A DNA stretch of 64,000 nt from contig NZ_CP012070.1 of assembly GCF_001189535.1 (NCBI RefSeq), forward strand, positions 1,563,972 through 1,627,971, read 5' to 3'. Of this stretch, positions 9,800 through 19,844 are shown one piece after another; the first letter of the stretch is position 1; each line of letters starts with the position of its first letter. The notes beneath the pieces were generated by a model, which saw only the letters and a list, made by a program, of their open reading frames with translations, did not search any database and was not told the DNA's origin. Both the position numbers and the translations under genes were made by a program. This stretch comes from Arsenicicoccus sp. oral taxon 190 (GTDB taxonomy: Bacteria; Actinomycetota; Actinomycetes; Actinomycetales; Dermatophilaceae).

Positions 9800-10996
9800 A
9801 TGGCGCTGCCGACGAGAGTGGTCTGGGACCCGAGCTTCACGCGCTACGACTTCGGGCCGGAGCATCCCATGAGCCCGGTGCGGCTCGACCTGACCGCCCG
9901 GTTGTGCCAGAGCCTCGGGCTCTTCGACCACGACGACGTCGAGCTGGTCAACCCCCCGGTGGCCGACGACGAGACGCTGGCGTGGGTGCACGACCCGGCC
10001 TACATCGCCGCCGTCCGGGCCGCGGGGGAGGACCCGACCCGGGCGGACCCGGCGTTCGGGCTCGGCACCGAGGACGACCCGGCCTTCGTGGGCATGCACG
10101 AGGCGAGCGCCCGGATCGCCGGCGGCAGCCTCGCGGTCGCGCAGGACGTCTGGGAGGGCCGCGCGAGCCACGGCGTCAACTTCTGCGGCGGGATGCACCA
10201 CGCGATGCCCGGCGCCGCGGCGGGCTTCTGCATCTACAACGACGCCGCCGTGGCGATCCACTGGCTGCTCGAGCACGGCGCGCGCCGGGTCGCCTACGTG
10301 GACGTGGACGTCCACCACGGGGACGGCGTCGAGCGCTGCTTCTGGGACGACCCGCGGGTCATGACGATCTCGGTGCACGAGACCGGGCGGGTGCTCTTCC
10401 CGGGCACCGGCTTCCCGCAGGACCTCGGCGGCCCGGCGGCCGACGGCACCGCGATCAACGTCGCTCTGCCGCCCGGCACCGGCGACGCCGCGTGGCTGCG
10501 CGCCATCAACGCCACGGTCAACCCGCTGGTGCGGGCCTTCGCCCCGGACGTGCTCGTCACCCAGCAGGGCTGCGACTCGCACTTCCAGGACCCGCTGGCC
10601 CACCTGGCCATCTCGGTCGACGCGCAGCGTCAGGCCTTCGAGGGGCTGCACCGGCTGTCCCACGAGGTGTGCGAGGGCCGGTGGGTCGCGCTCGGGGGAG
10701 GGGGCTACGAGGTGGTCGACGTGGTGCCGCGCGCCTGGACCCACCTGACCGCCATCGCGGCCCACCACCCGATCCGCCTCGACACCGAGACCCCGCAGCA
10801 GTGGCGCGACTACGTGCAGGAACGCCACGGCCGGGCCGCGCCGACCACCATGAGCGACGGGGTCGCCGAGGGGGGCATCGTGTGGTGGCGGGGCTGGGAG
10901 TCGGGCTACGACCCGGAGGACCCGGTCGACCGCGCGATCATGGCCACCCGCGAGGCAGCCTTCCCCCTGCACGGCCTGGACGTGTGGTTCGACTAG
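9800..10996 (+). CDS. acuC: acetoin utilization protein AcuC / histone-deacetylase-family protein
   Basis: HDAC motifs GFCIYND, DVDVHHGDGVE, PGTGFP. Confidence 0.85.
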   Translation: MALPTRVVWDPSFTRYDFGPEHPMSPVRLDLTARLCQSLGLFDHDDVELVNPPVADDETLAWVHDPAYIAAVRAAGEDPTRADPAFGLGTEDDPAFVGMHEASARIAGGSLAVAQDVWEGRASHGVNFCGGMHHAMPGAAAGFCIYNDAAVAIHWLLEHGARRVAYVDVDVHHGDGVERCFWDDPRVMTISVHETGRVLFPGTGFPQDLGGPAADGTAINVALPPGTGDAAWLRAINATVNPLVRAFAPDVLVTQQGCDSHFQDPLAHLAISVDAQRQAFEGLHRLSHEVCEGRWVALGGGGYEVVDVVPRAWTHLTAIAAHHPIRLDTETPQQWRDYVQERHGRAAPTTMSDGVAEGGIVWWRGWESGYDPEDPVDRAIMATREAAFPLHGLDVWFD

Positions 10997-11172
10997 GCGG
11001 CTGCAACGCCATTGCAACCACCCCGCGCGGCGTGTCGGGTGGACAGCACGGGTGAATTCCCTTGCGGATGGTTCCCCATCCGTCACAGGGGCCCCTAGAG
11101 TGCCACGTAGCACGCGCGTGACCCTCGACGGGGAATCCGACGACACCATCGTGCCCAGAGAGTGAGTTACCG

Positions 11173-11373
11173 ATGACGTCTGAGCGTCCCTTCGACGGGG
11201 TGAAGTTCTGCACGGTCGCCGAGGTGGCGGCGCGGATGCGGGTGTCCAAGATGACGGTCTACCGGCTGGTTCACGGCGGCGAGCTGCCGGCCGTGCGCGT
11301 CGGGCGGTCCTTCCGCGTCCCGGAGCACGTCGTCGACGAGTACCTCGCCCGTGCCTTCACCGAGACGGCGTGA
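11173..11373 (+). CDS. excisionase-family helix-turn-helix DNA-binding protein (Rv0500A-like)
   Basis: 66 aa; CTVAEVAARMRVSKMTVYRLVHGGELPAVRVGRSFRV. Confidence 0.8.
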   Translation: MTSERPFDGVKFCTVAEVAARMRVSKMTVYRLVHGGELPAVRVGRSFRVPEHVVDEYLARAFTETA

Positions 11374-11374
11374 G

Positions 11375-11408
11375 GGTCCGGCATACGGACCGATCGGCCC
11401 GTCAGGGC
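11375..11408 (+). terminator. two consecutive GC hairpins (GGTCCG-gcata-CGGACC; GGCCC-gtca-GGGCC) right after the stop codon
   Basis: inverted repeats read directly; no U-tract. Confidence 0.3.
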
Positions 11409-11480
11409 CGGATTGGGTGACTGCGCGGCGAGGGCGGTAGGCTAGGACAGATTCCCTCGACCGCTGGATGAAGGACGACA

Positions 11481-11580
11481 CATGGGTTCCGTGATCAAGA
11501 AGCGCCGCAAGCGCATGGCGAAGAAGAAGCACCGCAAGCTGCTGCGCAAGACGCGCCACCAGCGTCGCAACAAGAAGTGA
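11481..11580 (+). pseudogene. ribosomal protein bS22 (Rv0500B-like basic 32-aa peptide) with apparent 1-nt insertion in an A-run (GCGAAAGAAG vs expected GCGAAGAAG)
   Basis: Frame A encodes [13 protein letters not shown] then non-basic tail; +1 frame after 11520 encodes [19 protein letters not shown], together matching the conserved bS22 sequence. Confidence 0.55.
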
Positions 11581-11727
11581 GCTGAGAGCCCTCGACCGCG
11601 GTCGAGGGCTCTGCTCGTCCCGGCCCGGACCGCCCGGACCGCCGCGACCTCGGGGGGCGAGGTGCGGCCCGCACCGCTGCTGACCTAGGCTCGGGACCCA
11701 GATCCGCTGCCGCCCCGGGAGGTGCCC

Positions 11728-12795
11728 GTGCCCGACGTCGTGCTCGTCACCGGTGTCTCCCGGCTGCTCGGGGGGCTCGCCGCCGCCGCGCTCGCCGCCC
11801 GCTCGGACGTGGGACGCGTCATCGGGATCGACGTCGTCCCCCCGCGCCGGCCGCTGACCGGCGTCGACTTCGTGCGGGTCGACCTGCGCAACCCCGTCAT
11901 GGGGCGGCTCGTGGAGCAGTACTCCGTGGACACCGTCGTCCACATGGGCGTGATCGCGACCCCCACCGCGGCCGGTGGACGCGCCTCCCAGAAGGAGATC
12001 AACATCATCGGCACGATGCAGCTGCTCGCGGCGTGCCAGAAGGCACCGTCGGTGCGGCGGGTGGCGGTGAAGTCGGCGGCCGCGGTCTACGGTGCCTCGC
12101 CCCACGACCCCGCCGTCTTCCGCGAGACCGCCGCGCTCGGCATCCGCACCGCCAACGGTTTCGGCCGGGACTCCTCCGAGGTCGAGTCGTATGTCGCGGG
12201 CTTCGCCCGGCGCCGCCCCGACGTCGAGGTGAGCGTCCTGCGCTTCGCCAACGTCATCGGGCCGAGCATCGCCACGGGCCTGACCGACTACTTCAGCCTG
12301 CCCGTGATGCCGGTGCCGGCGGGCTTCGACGGCCGGCTGCAGTTCGTCCACGAGGACGACTGCGTGCGGGCGATGGTGCTCGCGGCGACCGGCCCGGCCG
12401 AGCGCGTCACCGGGGTCACCAACGTCGCGGGGGACGGCGTGCTGACCGTCGTGCAGTGCGCCCGGCTGCTGCGCCGCCCCCTCGTGCAGGCCCCGCTCGA
12501 GGCCGAGGGGATGCTGCGGCGGGGCTACCGCTGGTCCCGGATGGCGGAGTTCCCCGACGGGCAGTACCGCCAGCTCGCCTACGGCCGGGTCGTCGACACC
12601 ACCCGGATGCGCGAGCAGCTGGGCTTCACGCCGACCTTCACCACCCGCGAGGCCTTCGAGTCGTTCGCGGCGACGGCCAGCCTGACGGTGCCGGGGGTGG
12701 ACCTGGCCCGCACCGGTCTCCACCGGGCGCAGGTGGTGCTCGCGGCGATGGGGGTCCTCCCGGACCCGTCCGCCACGGCGGGAGCCCGGTCGTGA
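11728..12795 (+). CDS. NAD-dependent epimerase/dehydratase family protein (Rv0501-like)
   Basis: VLVTGVSRLLG Rossmann; GTG 11728 with GGGAGG RBS 6 nt upstream (alternative GTG 11722). Confidence 0.8.
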   Translation: MPDVVLVTGVSRLLGGLAAAALAARSDVGRVIGIDVVPPRRPLTGVDFVRVDLRNPVMGRLVEQYSVDTVVHMGVIATPTAAGGRASQKEINIIGTMQLLAACQKAPSVRRVAVKSAAAVYGASPHDPAVFRETAALGIRTANGFGRDSSEVESYVAGFARRRPDVEVSVLRFANVIGPSIATGLTDYFSLPVMPVPAGFDGRLQFVHEDDCVRAMVLAATGPAERVTGVTNVAGDGVLTVVQCARLLRRPLVQAPLEAEGMLRRGYRWSRMAEFPDGQYRQLAYGRVVDTTRMREQLGFTPTFTTREAFESFAATASLTVPGVDLARTGLHRAQVVLAAMGVLPDPSATAGARS

Positions 12796-13742
12796 CCGCT
12801 CCCACCCCGTCGCAGGGGCAGCCGCTGGACCTCGACGCGCTGGTCGACGCCCTGGTCCAGGTGCTGCGCAGCCTGGCGGCGCTGGCCCAGCTGTCCCCGG
12901 AGGAGACCGAGCGGCAGGTTGCCGAGCTGCTGGCCTTCCTGCGGCGGCGCCTGACGGCCGACTACGAGGTCGACGAGTTCGGCTTCGACGAGGACTTCAC
13001 GGACCACGCCTACCTGCCGCTGCTGCGGCCGCTCTACCGCGCGTGGTTCCGGGTCGAGGTGCGCGGGATCGAGCACCTTCCGACCGAGGGGGGTGCCCTG
13101 GTCGTGGCCAACCACTCCGGCACGATCGCGCTGGACGCGTTGATGACACAGGTGGCCGTGCACGACGAGCACCCGGCCCACCGACACCTGCGGCTGCTCG
13201 GCGCCGACCTGGTCTTCCGCACCCCCGTGATCGGGGACGTCGCCCGCAAGTCGGGGTCCACGCTGGCCGCCGGGGAGGACGCCGAGCGGTTGCTGCGGGC
13301 GGGCGAGCTCGTGGGGGTGTGGCCCGAGGGTTTCAAGGGGGTCGGCAAGCCGTTCAGCGAGCGCTACCGGCTGCAGCGGTTCGGGCGTGGGGGTTTCGTC
13401 GCGGCCGCGCTCCGGGCCGAGGTGCCGATCGTGCCGTGCGCGATCGTCGGCGCCGAGGAGACCTACCCGATGCTCGGCAACGCGGAGGGCCTGGCCAAGC
13501 TGCTGGGCGCGCCCTACTTCCCGATCACGCCGACCTTCCCGTGGCTCGGGCTGCTGGGGCTGGTGCCGCTGCCGAGCAAGTGGATCATCGAGTTCGGGGA
13601 GCCGGTGACGACCCAGGACCTGGGCGCGGCCGCCGCGGACGACCCGATGCTGGTCTTCGGGCTGACCGACGAGATCCGCCAGACCATCCAGGAGGCGTTG
13701 TACCACCTGCTCGCGACGCGCGAGTCCGCCTTCTTCGGCTGA
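12792..13742 (+). CDS. lysophospholipid acyltransferase family protein (Rv0502-like)
   Basis: GTGA overlap with upstream stop; acyltransferase motifs VANHSG...; EGF/ PEG box. Confidence 0.8.
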   Translation: MTAPTPSQGQPLDLDALVDALVQVLRSLAALAQLSPEETERQVAELLAFLRRRLTADYEVDEFGFDEDFTDHAYLPLLRPLYRAWFRVEVRGIEHLPTEGGALVVANHSGTIALDALMTQVAVHDEHPAHRHLRLLGADLVFRTPVIGDVARKSGSTLAAGEDAERLLRAGELVGVWPEGFKGVGKPFSERYRLQRFGRGGFVAAALRAEVPIVPCAIVGAEETYPMLGNAEGLAKLLGAPYFPITPTFPWLGLLGLVPLPSKWIIEFGEPVTTQDLGAAAADDPMLVFGLTDEIRQTIQEALYHLLATRESAFFG

Positions 13743-13811
13743 GGTTCATCGACCGAGGTTCTTCCGCTGAGGTTTGCCCGCTGAGCGGCTGGGCCCAGGA
13801 GGCGGCTGGGC

Positions 13812-15257
13812 TCAGGAGCCCTTGCAGCCGAGGTAGCGCTGGGCCCAGTGGGCGGTCGCACCCTCGGCGATGCGGTATCCCGGGTCGGCCTCGGCGTCCA
13901 CCGTCACCGTGGTGATGCCGAGCAGGTCGGTGCGGTACCAGCTGTAGCTCACTCCGGGGACGCGCGGCAGGTGCACGATGCCGTTGCCCTCGACGCAGTG
14001 GTCCGCGAACCTCGGCGCCGCCGGGATGACCGGCACCAGGGTGCTGGTGGGCTCGGGCGACGTGGTCGGTATGCCGGGCGCCGGCGGGGTGCTGGTCGGC
14101 GGTACGGGCACCGTCGTCGTGGTCGGCGACGTGGGCTGCGGGCCCGGGTCGGTCGGCTCGGGGGAGCGGGTGGGCGTGACCGACGTGGGCACCGGCGGCC
14201 GGGGCACGGTCGGCCGGGGCGCGGTGGTGCGCGGCGGCACGGTGCGCTGGGTCGTGGGCACCGGCCGCGGGGTCCGCGGCGTGAAGATGGGCGGCGGCGG
14301 GGTCGTCAGGCGCGGTGACGGGACCCTCGTGGTCGCGGGGACCGGCGGGGCCGGGACGGAGGCCGGGTCGCTGCTCGCCGGGACGCCAGGCGTGGTGCCG
14401 GCCGGGGACGGGCTGGTGGCAGCGGTGGTCGCCGACGGCGCCGGCACGGTCGTGGTCGCGGGGTTGGCCGGGGCGATGATGCCGGCGCACGCGTCGCCGC
14501 AGGACGCCAGCTTGGCGCGCAGCGTGGTGGCGCCCGCGTCGACGGTCGCCTGCAGCGAGCCGAGGTCCCCCGCGGCGGCGGCGGGGATCTTGCTGCGCAG
14601 CGCCTGCAGCCGCGGCTGCGCCCACGCGGTGAACTCCTGCACCACGGCGAGGTGGCCGGGCTGCCGGTCGGCGTCGAAGGCGGAGAAGAGCTTGGTGTTG
14701 CCGGAGTCCACGGACGCGGCGGCGTCCTTGAGGGAGGTGCGGATCGCCTCGAGGTCCTGCTCGGACCGGTCGGCCAGCACCTCGGTGTCGTCGACGTGCT
14801 CCCGGGCCTGCGACAGCAGGGTGCGGCCCTGCTCGCCGTCGGAGCCGGCGAAGCGGACCTCCAGGCCGTCCACGACGGACCGCACGCCGTAGAGCGCGTC
14901 GCCGGGCAGGGCGCCCTGCGAGGCGACACCGAGGCCGGTCCCGGCCACGATGACGCCGGCCGCGGCGCCGGCGAGGACCTTGGGCCAGGTGCGGTGGATC
15001 GTCACGACGTTGGCGGGGGCGGCGGTGGGCGCACCGGCGTCGGGGCCGGCTGGCACGGCCGCCGCCTGCGCCTGCAGCCGGGTCCCGAGAGCGGCGACGA
15101 AGGCCGGGTCGGGTCCGGGCAGGGACACCCCGCCCGCCTGGTGAGCCGTCTCCAGCAGCCGGGCCAGCTCGGTGGTGGCGGGCGTCGCGCCGTTGAGCGC
15201 GGCCTCGAACGCCTCGGCGTCGCCGCGCGACACGAAGTCGACGAGGTTGCGAGCCAT
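13812..15257 (-). CDS. anti-sigma factor (DUF5667-type, membrane-anchored) with long Pro/Thr-rich linker and small Cys-containing C-terminal domain
   Basis: N-term cytoplasmic region, one TM (KVLAGAAAGVIVAGTGLGV), PT-rich low complexity ~130 aa; immediately downstream of ECF sigma on same strand. Confidence 0.7.
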   Translation of the reverse strand: MARNLVDFVSRGDAEAFEAALNGATPATTELARLLETAHQAGGVSLPGPDPAFVAALGTRLQAQAAAVPAGPDAGAPTAAPANVVTIHRTWPKVLAGAAAGVIVAGTGLGVASQGALPGDALYGVRSVVDGLEVRFAGSDGEQGRTLLSQAREHVDDTEVLADRSEQDLEAIRTSLKDAAASVDSGNTKLFSAFDADRQPGHLAVVQEFTAWAQPRLQALRSKIPAAAAGDLGSLQATVDAGATTLRAKLASCGDACAGIIAPANPATTTVPAPSATTAATSPSPAGTTPGVPASSDPASVPAPPVPATTRVPSPRLTTPPPPIFTPRTPRPVPTTQRTVPPRTTAPRPTVPRPPVPTSVTPTRSPEPTDPGPQPTSPTTTTVPVPPTSTPPAPGIPTTSPEPTSTLVPVIPAAPRFADHCVEGNGIVHLPRVPGVSYSWYRTDLLGITTVTVDAEADPGYRIAEGATAHWAQRYLGCKGS

Positions 15258-15405
15258 CTACCCCTCCTTCCGACCGGTGCTGACGGGCACCCGGGCCGCG
15301 CGTCGAGACGCGGCCGGGCGGCATGTGCTCACATGTCTAACGACGACATCGCGCCGAGGTTACGGGCGTGGTCACGTCCCGGCCGGAGCCGGTGGTCGGA
15401 CGGCC

Positions 15406-16020
15406 TCACAGGTCCTCGCCCTCCAGGGCTCGCTGCAGGGCCCGGACGGCGCGCAGCTGCAGCTGCTTGACGGCATTCTCCTTCTTGCCCATGACCTCGG
15501 CGGTCTCGGCGAGGGACAGGCCCTGCACGAACCTCAGCGTGACGCACTCGGCCTGCTCGGGCTTGAGCTGGGACACGGCCTGCAGCAGCCGCTGGTCGCG
15601 CAGCCGGTCGAGGACCTCGCCGTCGGGGGCGTCGACCTCGGTGTCGGCGTCGCGCATGTCGGCGGTCGCCACCTCGAGCCGGAACCTCGAGGACTTGGTG
15701 TGGTCGACCACGACGTTGCGGGCGATCGTGACGAACCACGCCGCGATGTCCTTGCCCTGCCACGTGAAGCCCGGCAGCGCGCGCAGCGCCTTCATGAAGG
15801 TCTCGCTCGTCAGGTCCTGGGCGGTGTGCACGGCCCCGACGCGGACGTAGATGTAGCGGTAGACGACGTCGACGTACCGCTCGTAGAGGCGTCCGAAGGC
15901 CTCGGAGTCACCGGTCTGGGCGAGCGCCACGAGCGCCCGCACCTGCTCCAGCTCCTCCGGCGACGGGTCCCGCCGCCCCCCGGTCGGGCCCGCAGGGGGC
16001 TCGCCGCCCGCCACGGCCAT
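15406..16020 (-). CDS. ECF (sigma-70 family) RNA polymerase sigma factor
   Basis: region 2 FGRLYERYVDVVYRYIY..., region 4 LSLAETAEVMGKKENAVKQLQLRAVRAL; start chosen at internal ATG 16020 (ORF extends to 16200). Confidence 0.8.
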   Translation of the reverse strand: MAVAGGEPPAGPTGGRRDPSPEELEQVRALVALAQTGDSEAFGRLYERYVDVVYRYIYVRVGAVHTAQDLTSETFMKALRALPGFTWQGKDIAAWFVTIARNVVVDHTKSSRFRLEVATADMRDADTEVDAPDGEVLDRLRDQRLLQAVSQLKPEQAECVTLRFVQGLSLAETAEVMGKKENAVKQLQLRAVRALQRALEGEDL

Positions 16021-16271
16021 CCACAGCACCCGCAGGTCGAGCACGGGAGACGCCGACAGGCCCGCCCCGGACAGGGCGGGCGGGCCGAGCACGGCTCGAC
16101 GAGCCGCGGTCACCGGGACGAGTCGGGGCCGGCGAGGGCGCATGGACTGGCGGATGGATCCTCCTGGAGCCTTGCTGGACGTCGCTCCACAATGGCCCAT
16201 TCCAGCACAGACCGCCCCCTGCCACGAGCCCGACGCGACGGCACGGCCCGCTGCGGTCGTAGGGTCGTGGC

Positions 16272-16526
16272 GTGGACATCGACCTCACCGCCGCCCGCGT
16301 CGTCCTGCTCGGGCGCCCCGGCTGCCACCTGTGCGACCTGGCCCGCGACGTGGTGCAGCAGGTCGTCGCGGAGACCGGCGACAGCTTCGCCGAGGCCGTC
16401 GTGGACGAGGACCCTGTGCTGCTGGAGCGTTACGCCGAGCAGATCCCGGTGACCTTCGTGGACGGTCGGCAGCACGACTACTGGCGGGTCGACCCGGTGC
16501 GGCTGCGGCGTGCCCTGGCGCGATGA
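16272..16526 (+). CDS. glutaredoxin-family protein (CxxC redox protein)
   Basis: 84 aa; LLGRPGCHLCD active-site motif. Confidence 0.7.
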   Translation: MDIDLTAARVVLLGRPGCHLCDLARDVVQQVVAETGDSFAEAVVDEDPVLLERYAEQIPVTFVDGRQHDYWRVDPVRLRRALAR

Positions 16527-16671
16527 CCTCCGGTCAGCCCGTATGCCGCCCCCGCGGCGCGGCGACCCCGGGGGCCCCCACCCGGGTTTGGGGCGGCCTC
16601 GGGGCCCGGCATACCCTGAGCGGTGGTGACCACCCGCTGACCGGGGTGGCCGGAAGGGAGCCCGAGGGGCT

Positions 16672-17346
16672 GTGAGGGTCGAGGCCGCAGAGCGTCGAGA
16701 GCTGTCCGACGCCACCGTGCTGCGCCTGCCGGTGTACCTCGGTGCGGCCCGGGCGCTGGCCCGGTCCGGGGTGTCCAACGTCTCCTCCGACGCGCTGGCG
16801 GCCGCCGCCGGGGTGAGCCCCACGATGCTGCGCAAGGACCTGTCGCACCTGGGGTCGTTCGGGGTGCGGGGCGTCGGGTACGACACGGCGGCGCTGGTCG
16901 AGGAGCTGGTCGCGGCGCTCGGCTGCGGCGAGACCCGCCCGGTCGTGATCGTCGGGATGGGCCGGCTGGGGCAGGCGATCGCCTCCCACGGCGGCTTCGA
17001 CGGCGACGGCTTCGAGGTGGTGGGGCTCTTCGACCACGACCCGCAGGTCGTCGGCACCAGCCTTCTCGGCCTGACCGTGCAGGACGTCGGGCGGCTGCCC
17101 GCCGCCGTGGCCGACCACGGCTCCCGCGTCATCGGGGTGGTGGCGACCCCCGCGTCGGCCGCCCAGTCCGTCGCCGACCAGCTGGTGTCCTCCGGCGTCG
17201 GCGCCATCCTCAACTTCGCCGCCACCTCGCTGCAGGTGCCGGCCTCGACCGACGTGCGGGCCGTGGACCTGTCGTCGGAGCTGCGGCTGCTGGCCTACCG
17301 GTCCCGCCTCGCCGCGACCTCGGCCCCTGGAGGTGCCTTCGCGTGA
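16672..17346 (+). CDS. rex: redox-sensing transcriptional repressor Rex
   Basis: N-terminal winged helix + Rossmann GMGRLGQAIA; GTG 16672 with GGAAGGGAG RBS; stop overlaps hemA start. Confidence 0.85.
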   Translation: MRVEAAERRELSDATVLRLPVYLGAARALARSGVSNVSSDALAAAAGVSPTMLRKDLSHLGSFGVRGVGYDTAALVEELVAALGCGETRPVVIVGMGRLGQAIASHGGFDGDGFEVVGLFDHDPQVVGTSLLGLTVQDVGRLPAAVADHGSRVIGVVATPASAAQSVADQLVSSGVGAILNFAATSLQVPASTDVRAVDLSSELRLLAYRSRLAATSAPGGAFA

Positions 17347-18836
17347 CCCTGCTCGTCATCGGTCTGTCCCACCGCAGCGCCCCCATCGACATGCTCGAGC
17401 GGACCACCCTCGACCAGCCCCGCAGCCGCGCGCTGCGGGACCGGCTCGCGGCGACCCAGCAGGTCCGCGAGGCCGTGGTCGTCACCACCTGCAACCGCAC
17501 CGAGGTCTACGCCGACGTCGTCACCTTCCACGGCGGCGTCACCGAGATCGGCCAGGCGATCGCCGAGGTCACCGACGTCGACGCGCTCACCCTGCGCGAC
17601 CACCTCTACGTCCACCACGAGGACCGCGCCGTCTCGCACACCTTCTCGGTGGCCTGCGGGCTGGACTCCATGGCCATCGGCGAGAGCCAGATCCTCGGCC
17701 AGCTGCGCTCGTCGTTGCGCCAGGCGCAGACCGGCCAGGAGGTCGGGCCCGAGCTCAACGCCCTCTTCCAGCGCGCGCTGCGGGTCGGCAAGCGGGCCCA
17801 CACCGAGACCGAGATCGACGACGTGTCGCTGTCCCTCGTCAGCGCGGGGCTCGACGAGGCCGAGACCGTGCTCGGCCCGCTGGCGGGCCTGTCCGTGATG
17901 GTGGTCGGCGCCGGCGCGATGAGCTCGCTGGCCGTCGCCACCGTCACGCGGGCCGGTGCCCGCGAGGTCGTCATCGCCAACCGGACCGAGGCCAAGGCCC
18001 GCCACCTCGCCGAGGCGTATGCCGCCCGCACCGTCCCGTGGTCGCACCGCGAGGAGGCGCTGGCCGCCGCCGACGTGGTCATCACGTGCACCGGCGCCGC
18101 CGGCCGGCTCGTGTCCCGGGAGGCCGCCGAGCGCACCGCCGTGCTGCGCGGGCGCCGCCCCCAGGTCTACCTGGACCTCGCGCTGCCCCTCGACGTCGAC
18201 CCCGCCGTCGCGGAGGTGGACGGCGTGACCGTCGTCGGGCTGCAGCGCCTCGGCGAGCTGATGGCCGCCGACGGGCTGGTGCCGGCGCAGGTGCAGCAGG
18301 TCCGCGACCTGGTCGTCGAGGAGGTCGCGGGCTACCTCGCGGCCCGCCGCGTGCAGGCCGTCGCCCCCACCCTCGCCGCCCTGCGCTCGCGGGCGCGGTC
18401 GGTCGTGGAGGCCGAGCTGCAGCGTTTCGACACCCGCACGCCGGACGTCGACGAGGCCACCCGCCGCCAGGTCGAGCTGACCGTGCACCGCGTGGTCGAG
18501 AAGATCCTGCACACCCCCACGGTGCGGATGAAGGAGATGGCCGGCACGGACGTCAGCGGCAGCTACGCCGAGGCGCTGCACCGACTCTTCGACCTGGACC
18601 CGCACACCGTCGCCGCGGTGTCCGCCGCGACCGTCGATCCGCCGGTGGACCTGGCGGAGCCGACCCCGGTCCTGGAGGCCGACCCCGCCGCCGAGGGGAC
18701 CGACACCACCGAACCCGGGCTGAACGAGCCCGGCACACCCGAGCTGGCCTCGACGGGGACGCCCGAGCCGACCTCACCCGAGCCCAACCACCCCACCGAC
18801 CTCGCCCTGGAGACCACCGGAGCCCGCCATGCCTGA
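17343..18836 (+). CDS. hemA: glutamyl-tRNA reductase with Pro/Glu/Thr-rich C-terminal tail
   Basis: [17 protein letters not shown]..., [18 protein letters not shown] motifs. Confidence 0.9.
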   Translation: MTLLVIGLSHRSAPIDMLERTTLDQPRSRALRDRLAATQQVREAVVVTTCNRTEVYADVVTFHGGVTEIGQAIAEVTDVDALTLRDHLYVHHEDRAVSHTFSVACGLDSMAIGESQILGQLRSSLRQAQTGQEVGPELNALFQRALRVGKRAHTETEIDDVSLSLVSAGLDEAETVLGPLAGLSVMVVGAGAMSSLAVATVTRAGAREVVIANRTEAKARHLAEAYAARTVPWSHREEALAAADVVITCTGAAGRLVSREAAERTAVLRGRRPQVYLDLALPLDVDPAVAEVDGVTVVGLQRLGELMAADGLVPAQVQQVRDLVVEEVAGYLAARRVQAVAPTLAALRSRARSVVEAELQRFDTRTPDVDEATRRQVELTVHRVVEKILHTPTVRMKEMAGTDVSGSYAEALHRLFDLDPHTVAAVSAATVDPPVDLAEPTPVLEADPAAEGTDTTEPGLNEPGTPELASTGTPEPTSPEPNHPTDLALETTGARHA

Positions 18837-19815
18837 CCCCACCGCCCCCACCACGGGAGCCGTGGTGCGGCTCGGGACCCGCCGCAGCGCCCTCGCCACC
18901 ACCCAGTCCGGCTGGGTCGCCGACCGGTTGCGGGCCCTCGGCCTCACCGTCGAGCTGGTCGAGATCACCACCGAGGGCGACGTCAACGCGGCACCCCTGA
19001 CCACGATCGGTGGCACCGGCGTCTTCGCGAGCGCGATCCGCGAGGCGCTGCTGGAGGGTCGCGTCGACTGCGCGGTCCACTCCCTCAAGGACCTGCCGTC
19101 GGCGCCCGAGCCGGGGCTCGTGGTCGCCGCGGTCCCGGAGCGCGAGGACCCGCGGGACGCGCTGTGCGCCCGCGACGGCCTCAGCCTGGGCGAGCTCCCC
19201 GAGGGCGCCGTGGTCGGCACCGGCTCGCCGCGACGCGCCGCTCAGCTGGCGGCGCTCGGGCTGGGGCTGCAGCCGACCGCCATACGCGGCAACGTCGGCA
19301 CCCGCCTGCAGCACGTGCGGGACGGTCGGTGCGACGCCGTCGTCCTCGCGATGGCCGGGCTGTCGCGGCTCGGGCTGCGCGAGCACGTCACCGAGGCGCT
19401 CGACCCGGTCCAGATGCTGCCCGCCCCGGGCCAGGGCGCGCTGGCGCTCGAGTGCCGCGAGGACCACCCGCTGCGGGCCGTCTTCGCCCGGGTCGACGAC
19501 CCGGACACCCGGGCGCGCGTGGAGGCCGAGCGCGGGCTGCTCGCTCGCCTGGAGGCGGGCTGCACCGCCCCCATCGGTGCGCTCGCGGAGGTGGTGGAGT
19601 CCGAGGACGGGCTCGAGCTGTCGCTGCGGGCCTTCGTCGGCGCCCCGGACGGGTCGCAGGGGCTGCGCCGCTCGCTGACCGGCCCCTACGACCAGCCCCG
19701 TGACCTGGGTCGTCGCCTGGCCGAGCTGCTGCTGGAGGACGGCGCGGCCGACTTCACCGGCGGGCCGGAGCGACTTGGCAGCGGGACCGAGGTCGGACAG
19801 ACTGCCACTAAGTAG
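18829..19815 (+). CDS. hemC: hydroxymethylbilane synthase (porphobilinogen deaminase)
   Basis: [13 protein letters not shown]..., full-length 328 aa. Confidence 0.9.
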   Translation: MPDPTAPTTGAVVRLGTRRSALATTQSGWVADRLRALGLTVELVEITTEGDVNAAPLTTIGGTGVFASAIREALLEGRVDCAVHSLKDLPSAPEPGLVVAAVPEREDPRDALCARDGLSLGELPEGAVVGTGSPRRAAQLAALGLGLQPTAIRGNVGTRLQHVRDGRCDAVVLAMAGLSRLGLREHVTEALDPVQMLPAPGQGALALECREDHPLRAVFARVDDPDTRARVEAERGLLARLEAGCTAPIGALAEVVESEDGLELSLRAFVGAPDGSQGLRRSLTGPYDQPRDLGRRLAELLLEDGAADFTGGPERLGSGTEVGQTATK

Positions 19816-19844
19816 TCCGACTGACGGGCAAGGAGCGGGGAGAC

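Noticed and set aside
9104-11149. 681-aa minus-strand ORF
   Set aside because: Antisense to the GNAT and AcuC genes, with high-GC artefact composition.
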